From Fidelibacterota bacterium (GTDB taxonomy: Bacteria; Fidelibacterota; Marinisomatia; Marinisomatales; S15-B10): a stretch of 11,948 nt of DNA. Below the pieces are notes generated by a model that was not told where the DNA came from, ran no database searches, and saw nothing but the letters and a program-made list of their open reading frames with translations. The stretch covers positions 1 to 11,948 of the forward strand of contig PBTS01000026.1 in assembly GCA_002729175.1 (NCBI GenBank), read 5' to 3'. A program made the position numbers and the translations under genes. Of this stretch, positions 7,286 to 11,948 are shown piece by piece; the stretch's first letter is position 1; the number at the start of each line of letters is the position of its first letter.

Positions 7286-8677
7286 ATGAAAAAGACGATA
7301 TCTGTTTTATTTATGACTTTGGTTTTTGCGGTGAACCTGTCTGCCCAATCGGCCAAGTATTTCAGTGACACATTTGCTGATGTTGTGAAGAAGGTCAACC
7401 CAGCTGTTGTCACTATTACCAGTGAAAGAGTGGTGACGGACCAGTGGCGTCACCCTTTCGAAGAATTCTTTGATAATGATTATTTCGGGAACAATTCTCC
7501 TGAAAGAGAACGTCGGAGCCGGGCCCTCGGTTCAGGTGTTATCGTAGATGCAAAAAATGGGTACATCCTGACAAACAACCATGTTGTGGAAGATGCAGAT
7601 GAGATTTCCATTTATCTTATTGATGAACGTGAGTTTAAAGCGGAAGTAGTAGGGGCTGATCCCAAAAGTGACATTGCTGTTCTCAAGATTAGTACTGATA
7701 ACCTAACCGCCGTTCGGCTCGGCGATTCTGACAAACTGGATGTAGGCGAGTGGGTTCTGGCTATCGGTAGTCCATTCTCCTCTAATCTTAGTCATACGGT
7801 AACAGCGGGAATCGTCAGTGCGAAAGGGAGAAGCAGCGTTATCGGCAGCGTGGACTATGAAGATTTTATTCAGACCGATGCAGCCATTAATCCTGGTAAC
7901 AGCGGCGGTGCCCTTGTGAATCTGGATGGTGAGCTGGTGGGCATCAATACGGCCATTGCTACCGGTGGCTTCATGCGTAGCAGTGCCGGTGTCGGTTTTG
8001 CCATTCCTACCAACCTGGCGAAGACCATTATGAATGATTTAATTGCTGAAGGGCGGGTTATCCGAGCGTGGCTTGGTGTCTTCATTCAGGATGTGAATGA
8101 CGGTATTGCTAAAGCTTTGGATCTTCCTGATCGAAAGGGTGCTGTTGTTACTGAGGTAGTGGAGGGAAGTCCGGCGGACAAGGCCGGCTTTAAGATAGAG
8201 GATGTGGTAGTTACCTTTGGCGGCACAAAGATTCGCGACTCCTCTCACCTCAAAAACCTCGTCTCTTCAACTCGTCCTGAGACACGGCAAGAGGTAAAAA
8301 TTATCCGGAGAGGACGTAGCCGCACACTCAAGGTTGACCTTGCTGAACTTCCCCAGGAAGATGTGATTTTTGCGTCAAATCGTACGCCATCTTATTCTTT
8401 AGGAATGCGCGTTGAAGATTTGGACGCTTCCATGGCCCGCCGTTTCCGGCTGGAAGATACTGAGTCCGGTGTGATTGTAATGGAGGTGTCTCCCTCCAGT
8501 GCCGCCGCCAAGGCAGGTGTTCAACCCGGTGATGTTATCAAGCGTGTTGGGGATACGGAAATTGACTCGGCAAGGGAGTTTAGGACTGCCATATCAAGAG
8601 TGAATGGTGAAGATTCAGTTTTGCTGCTCATCAGGCGGAGGGGTGGTTCCATATTTCTGCCTGTTGAGTTGAACTAA
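7286..8677 (+). CDS. degQ: Do/DegQ family (HtrA) periplasmic serine endoprotease with two PDZ domains
   Basis: Catalytic triad motifs TNNHVV, DPKSDIAVLK and QTDAAINPGNSGG, two PDZ domains (AWLGV..., SLGMRV...) and a signal peptide. ATG 7286 is preferred over TTG 7271 because an SD-like AAAGGAAG precedes it. Confidence 0.95.
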   Translation: MKKTISVLFMTLVFAVNLSAQSAKYFSDTFADVVKKVNPAVVTITSERVVTDQWRHPFEEFFDNDYFGNNSPERERRSRALGSGVIVDAKNGYILTNNHVVEDADEISIYLIDEREFKAEVVGADPKSDIAVLKISTDNLTAVRLGDSDKLDVGEWVLAIGSPFSSNLSHTVTAGIVSAKGRSSVIGSVDYEDFIQTDAAINPGNSGGALVNLDGELVGINTAIATGGFMRSSAGVGFAIPTNLAKTIMNDLIAEGRVIRAWLGVFIQDVNDGIAKALDLPDRKGAVVTEVVEGSPADKAGFKIEDVVVTFGGTKIRDSSHLKNLVSSTRPETRQEVKIIRRGRSRTLKVDLAELPQEDVIFASNRTPSYSLGMRVEDLDASMARRFRLEDTESGVIVMEVSPSSAAAKAGVQPGDVIKRVGDTEIDSAREFRTAISRVNGEDSVLLLIRRRGGSIFLPVELN

Positions 8678-8700
8678 TCAATACAGACATTTATTGGCTT

Positions 8701-8740
8701 TAAGGGGCTTTTTTTCGAGCCCCTTATTGTATCTGTTTCT
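8701..8740 (+). terminator. Putative intrinsic terminator after degQ
   Basis: Perfect 9-bp inverted repeat TAAGGGGCT (8701-8709) / AGCCCCTTA (8718-8726), followed by a T-rich tail ttgtatctgtttct. Confidence 0.6.
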
Positions 8741-8792
8741 CCTCGCGGAAACAACTCCACACATCCCCTGAATCGTTTTGATTTGGTTACTC

Positions 8793-8819
8793 TTCACAGC
8801 TAACTTTACAAGCTGTGAA
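8793..8819. repeat. Perfect 9-N9-9 inverted repeat upstream of DUF2905-ileS
   Basis: TTCACAGCT (8793-8801), 9-nt spacer, AGCTGTGAA (8811-8819). Outer arms TTGGT (8783-8787) / ACCAA (8823-8827). Function unknown. Confidence 0.7.
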
Positions 8820-8840
8820 AGGACCAATTTCTCGACTGTG

Positions 8841-9056
8841 ATGAGTAAAATATTTCTCATATTCAGTATTGTCTTTTTTGTCATGTGGATACTTACATCA
8901 TTTGGTTCAAACTTGCCTTTACTTGGTAAACTTGGCCGTCTGCCCGGTGATATTCATTTCAACGTGAGTAATTTCTCTTTTTATTTTCCTTTAGGGACGT
9001 CCATCCTGTTGAGTATTCTACTAACGGTTGTTTTGAGACTTATTTCAAGGATTTAA
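8841..9056 (+). CDS. DUF2905 family small membrane protein
   Basis: LGRLPGDI...NFSFYFPLGTSILLSILLT signature between two hydrophobic segments. ATG 8841 gives 71 aa, the usual size for the family. Confidence 0.85.
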   Translation: MSKIFLIFSIVFFVMWILTSFGSNLPLLGKLGRLPGDIHFNVSNFSFYFPLGTSILLSILLTVVLRLISRI

Positions 9057-9059
9057 GTC

Positions 9060-11948
9060 ATGCTAAAAAAAGTTGATCCTAAAGTTGATTTTGTAGCACT
9101 AGAGCATGAAATCCTCGATTTTTGGAAAAAGAATGACATTTTTCGAAAAAGAGCATCTGCGAACAGCGGCAATGAGAAATGGTCGTTTATTGATGGTCCT
9201 ATCACAGCAAACAACCCCATGGGTGTGCATCACGCTTGGGGCCGTACTTATAAAGATCTCTTTCTCCGTTACAAGGCGATGAAAGGTTTTGATCTGAGAT
9301 ACCAGAACGGCTTTGACTGTCAGGGCCTCTGGGTAGAGGTGGAAGTTGAAAAGGAAATGGGTTTTAAAAGCAAGAAAGATATTGAAGAGTACGGAATCGA
9401 TACTTTTGTGAATAAATGTAAAGAGAGAGTGCTACGATATTCGGCTGTTCAGACACAACAGTCCGTCCGTCTTGGATACTGGATGGATTGGAATGATCTT
9501 GGTCAGTTAGAAATGCTTGCCGATAACATTATCGAAAATCCATCAAAAGAGATCACTATTGATGGCCCGGAAGGTCCAGTAACTGACACGGTTGAAAACC
9601 TTGTTGGACGGCTCGGTATGCCTGAGCTTGGCGGCAGTTACTACACTTTCTCCAATGAAAACAATTATATGATCTGGCGAGCAATTAAGACATGTTATGA
9701 CAACGGCTGGCTTTACCGTGGTGCTGACAGTATGCCGTGGTGTCCCAGATGTGCTACAGGGATCAGTCAACACGAGATTGTGACAGACGGTTATGAAGAG
9801 ATAACCCACCGAAGCGTTTACGTGAAATATCCTCTCAGGGGTAGAGAGGGTGAATATATTCTCATTTGGACCACCACGCCGTGGACCTTAACCAGTAATG
9901 TGGCCGTGGCTGTTGGGCCGGAACTGGATTATGTGAAAGTCAAAATGGCTGAGAGCAATAACATTTTTTACCTTGCTAAAGGTACTACCAACGTTCTGGA
10001 TGGAGACTATGCTATCCTTGAAGAGCTGAAGGGGAAAGATATGGTAGGGTGGACCTATGATGGCTCCTTTGATGAACTTCCTGCACAACAGGCCCCTGGC
10101 GGTTGGACGGAACTCAAAGATATCATTGAGAAGATACCTCAAAGTTCAAAAGAAGCTCATCAGGTCATCCCATGGAATGAAGTGACTGAAGATGAGGGCA
10201 CTGGAATCGTTCATATCGCTCCTGGTGCCGGTGCTGAAGACTTTCGTCTCGGAAAAGAATTCAAGCTTCCTGTCATTGCACCCTTGGATGATGAGGGAAA
10301 AATTGTGGATGGGTTTGGCTGGCTTACAGGTACAGTTGTTCATGAGGCGACACAGCCCATCTTTGACAATCTTAAGGAGAAAGGTCTCCTATATAAGATT
10401 GAGAATTTCAAGCATCGTTATCCAACATGCTGGCGCTGTAAGACTGAGCTCGTTTTTCGATTGGTGGACGAATGGTTCTTAGGCATGGATGATCTGAGAC
10501 CGCTACTTATGGATATCACAAAGCAGATAAATTGGATTCCCAGCTTCGGTATGGATCGGGAACTGGACTGGCTGAAAAATATGCACGACTGGATGATCTC
10601 GAAGAAGCGGTATTGGGGACTCGCTCTCCCCATCTGGGAATGTGACAAGTGTGACCACTGGACTGTTATAGGGGATGATATTGAGTTAAAAGAACGGGCT
10701 GTTTCCGGTTATGATCAGTTCGAAAGTCACACGCCTCACCGACCGTGGATCGATGCTGTCAAAATTGGCTGCGAAAAGTGTAGTAGCGAAATGACACGTG
10801 TTCCCGATGTAGGAAATCCCTGGCTCGACGCAGGAATTGTTACTTTCAGCACACTCAGTTACCGGCATGATCCAGACTACTGGAAAGAATGGTATCCTGC
10901 TGACTGGATCAGCGAGAGCTTCCCCGGTCAGTTCAGGAATTGGTTTTATAGCATGCTTGTAATGGGTGCCATCGTTGACAAAAGCCCCTCTTTCAAAAGT
11001 AATTTCGGTTATGCCACACTTTTGGCTGAAGATGGTCGAGAAATGCATAAAAGTTGGGGCAATTCTATAGAATTCAACGAAGCTGCCGACAAGATGGGGG
11101 TGGATGTTATGCGGTGGATGTATTCAATCCAAAACCCAGAGCAAAACCTGCTTTTCGGTTACGGCACAGCCAAAGAAATTCGCCGCCGCCTCATTACTCT
11201 GTGGAATGTCTATTCCTTTTTTGTTACCTATGCCCGCCTAGATGAGTTTGATCCCGCCACGGAAGTGAAACGGGAGGATTTGACCCAGCTTGATCTTTGG
11301 ATTACATCAAAGATGGATCAGCTTACTCTGCTGGCGGTTGACGCTTTCGATACTTACCGTGCTGACAAATTAATGAAGCGCTTGGATCGTTTTCTGGAAG
11401 ATCTCTCCAACTGGTACGTCAGACGGAATCGCCGCCGCTATTGGAAGAGTGAGAACGATAGCGACAAGAACGCCGCCTATTTCACGCTCTATTCAGTGTT
11501 AAAGAAACTGATCCTGACTCTTGCACCTGTGGTACCGTTCATTACCGAAAAAATCTATCAGAACCTCATTCGGGAATTGGAGCCGGATGCCCCTGAAAGT
11601 ATTCATCTTAATAGCTTTCCTTCAGCGAATCTTGAAGATGTGAATGAGAAGTTGATCCATGAAATGGATGGTGTGGTGAAAGTAGTTGAAATGGGCCGCT
11701 ACGCCAGGAATCGGGCATCCTTGAAAATCCGCCAGCCGTTGGAAAAATTACAGTTTGCCACTGATGACAAAAAAGTGGCTGATGCTGTCATGGTGAATCA
11801 GGATCAGATCATTGAGGAGTTGAATATCAAGACTGTGGAGCAGGTTGGATCATATTCTGATCTGGTGAAACGTGAATTGGCCCCGAACTTTGCTACGCTG
11901 GGTGAAAAATATGGTGACGGGGTGATTGACGTCACAGATTTGTTGAAA
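9060..11948 (+). CDS. ileS: Isoleucine--tRNA ligase, type 2 (IleRS2), divergent GxHH clade (3'-truncated by window)
   Basis: Not in the ORF track because it has no stop in the window. Manual translation from ATG 9060 gives MLKKVDPKVDFVALEHEILDFW..., FIDGPITANNPMGVHHAWGR, GFDCQGLWVE, RLGYWMDW, WTTTPWTL, GTGIVHIAP...ED, HRYPTCWRC, DWMISKKRYWG, EMHKSWGN. The IleRS2-type anticodon and C-terminal motifs LSNWYVRRNRRRYWK, LKIRQPL, EELNIK and PNFATLG follow, all in one frame. Confidence 0.95.
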   Translation, partial: MLKKVDPKVDFVALEHEILDFWKKNDIFRKRASANSGNEKWSFIDGPITANNPMGVHHAWGRTYKDLFLRYKAMKGFDLRYQNGFDCQGLWVEVEVEKEMGFKSKKDIEEYGIDTFVNKCKERVLRYSAVQTQQSVRLGYWMDWNDLGQLEMLADNIIENPSKEITIDGPEGPVTDTVENLVGRLGMPELGGSYYTFSNENNYMIWRAIKTCYDNGWLYRGADSMPWCPRCATGISQHEIVTDGYEEITHRSVYVKYPLRGREGEYILIWTTTPWTLTSNVAVAVGPELDYVKVKMAESNNIFYLAKGTTNVLDGDYAILEELKGKDMVGWTYDGSFDELPAQQAPGGWTELKDIIEKIPQSSKEAHQVIPWNEVTEDEGTGIVHIAPGAGAEDFRLGKEFKLPVIAPLDDEGKIVDGFGWLTGTVVHEATQPIFDNLKEKGLLYKIENFKHRYPTCWRCKTELVFRLVDEWFLGMDDLRPLLMDITKQINWIPSFGMDRELDWLKNMHDWMISKKRYWGLALPIWECDKCDHWTVIGDDIELKERAVSGYDQFESHTPHRPWIDAVKIGCEKCSSEMTRVPDVGNPWLDAGIVTFSTLSYRHDPDYWKEWYPADWISESFPGQFRNWFYSMLVMGAIVDKSPSFKSNFGYATLLAEDGREMHKSWGNSIEFNEAADKMGVDVMRWMYSIQNPEQNLLFGYGTAKEIRRRLITLWNVYSFFVTYARLDEFDPATEVKREDLTQLDLWITSKMDQLTLLAVDAFDTYRADKLMKRLDRFLEDLSNWYVRRNRRRYWKSENDSDKNAAYFTLYSVLKKLILTLAPVVPFITEKIYQNLIRELEPDAPESIHLNSFPSANLEDVNEKLIHEMDGVVKVVEMGRYARNRASLKIRQPLEKLQFATDDKKVADAVMVNQDQIIEELNIKTVEQVGSYSDLVKRELAPNFATLGEKYGDGVIDVTDLLK

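Noticed and set aside
8639..8651. AGGGGTGGTTCC resembles a T-box sequence upstream of ileS
   Set aside because: It lies within the degQ coding sequence (RGGS), has TCC rather than ACC after TGGN, is separated from ileS by another gene, and no stem I was recognised.
8793..8819. CIRCE element
   Set aside because: It has the same 9-N9-9 spacing, but the arms do not match TTAGCACTC/GAGTGCTAA.
8778..8840. TTG 8778 start for DUF2905
   Set aside because: The extension overlaps the palindrome and exceeds the usual family length. ATG 8841 fits better.
176..11245. Short antisense and alternate-frame ORFs in the track (e.g. 1867-2244, 2907-3299, 3269-3643, 6112-6414, 8678-8884, 9543-9809, 10192-10482, 10686-11048, 11054-11245)
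   Set aside because: They overlap well-supported + strand genes or hairpins and show no recognisable motifs, so they are treated as shadow ORFs.

Overview
All credible genes in this window are on the + strand. In order: (1) the 3' part of an M14-type zinc carboxypeptidase with a C-terminal GATase-like domain; (2) a TlpA/ResA-type thiol-disulfide oxidoreductase; (3) a hairpin and a near-consensus sigma70 promoter, then a tightly coupled three-gene cassette encoding a His/Met-rich YncE/YVTN-like beta-propeller lipoprotein, a pentaheme c-type cytochrome, and a 10-repeat FG-GAP protein with a T9SS type-A C-terminal sorting domain; (4) a DegQ/HtrA protease; (5) a structured intergenic region; (6) a DUF2905 small membrane protein; (7) a type-2 isoleucyl-tRNA synthetase that runs off the end of the window and is missing from the ORF track. 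The T9SS-type CTD points to an FCB-superphylum bacterium (Marinimicrobia-like is only a guess). Two things stand out. The propeller/multiheme/FG-GAP cassette looks like an uncharacterised exported redox or metal module. The IleRS has a swapped GVHH signature in place of HIGH, EMHKS in place of KMSKS, several other altered motifs and a ~46-aa insertion. No RNA genes, mobile elements or CRISPR arrays were seen.
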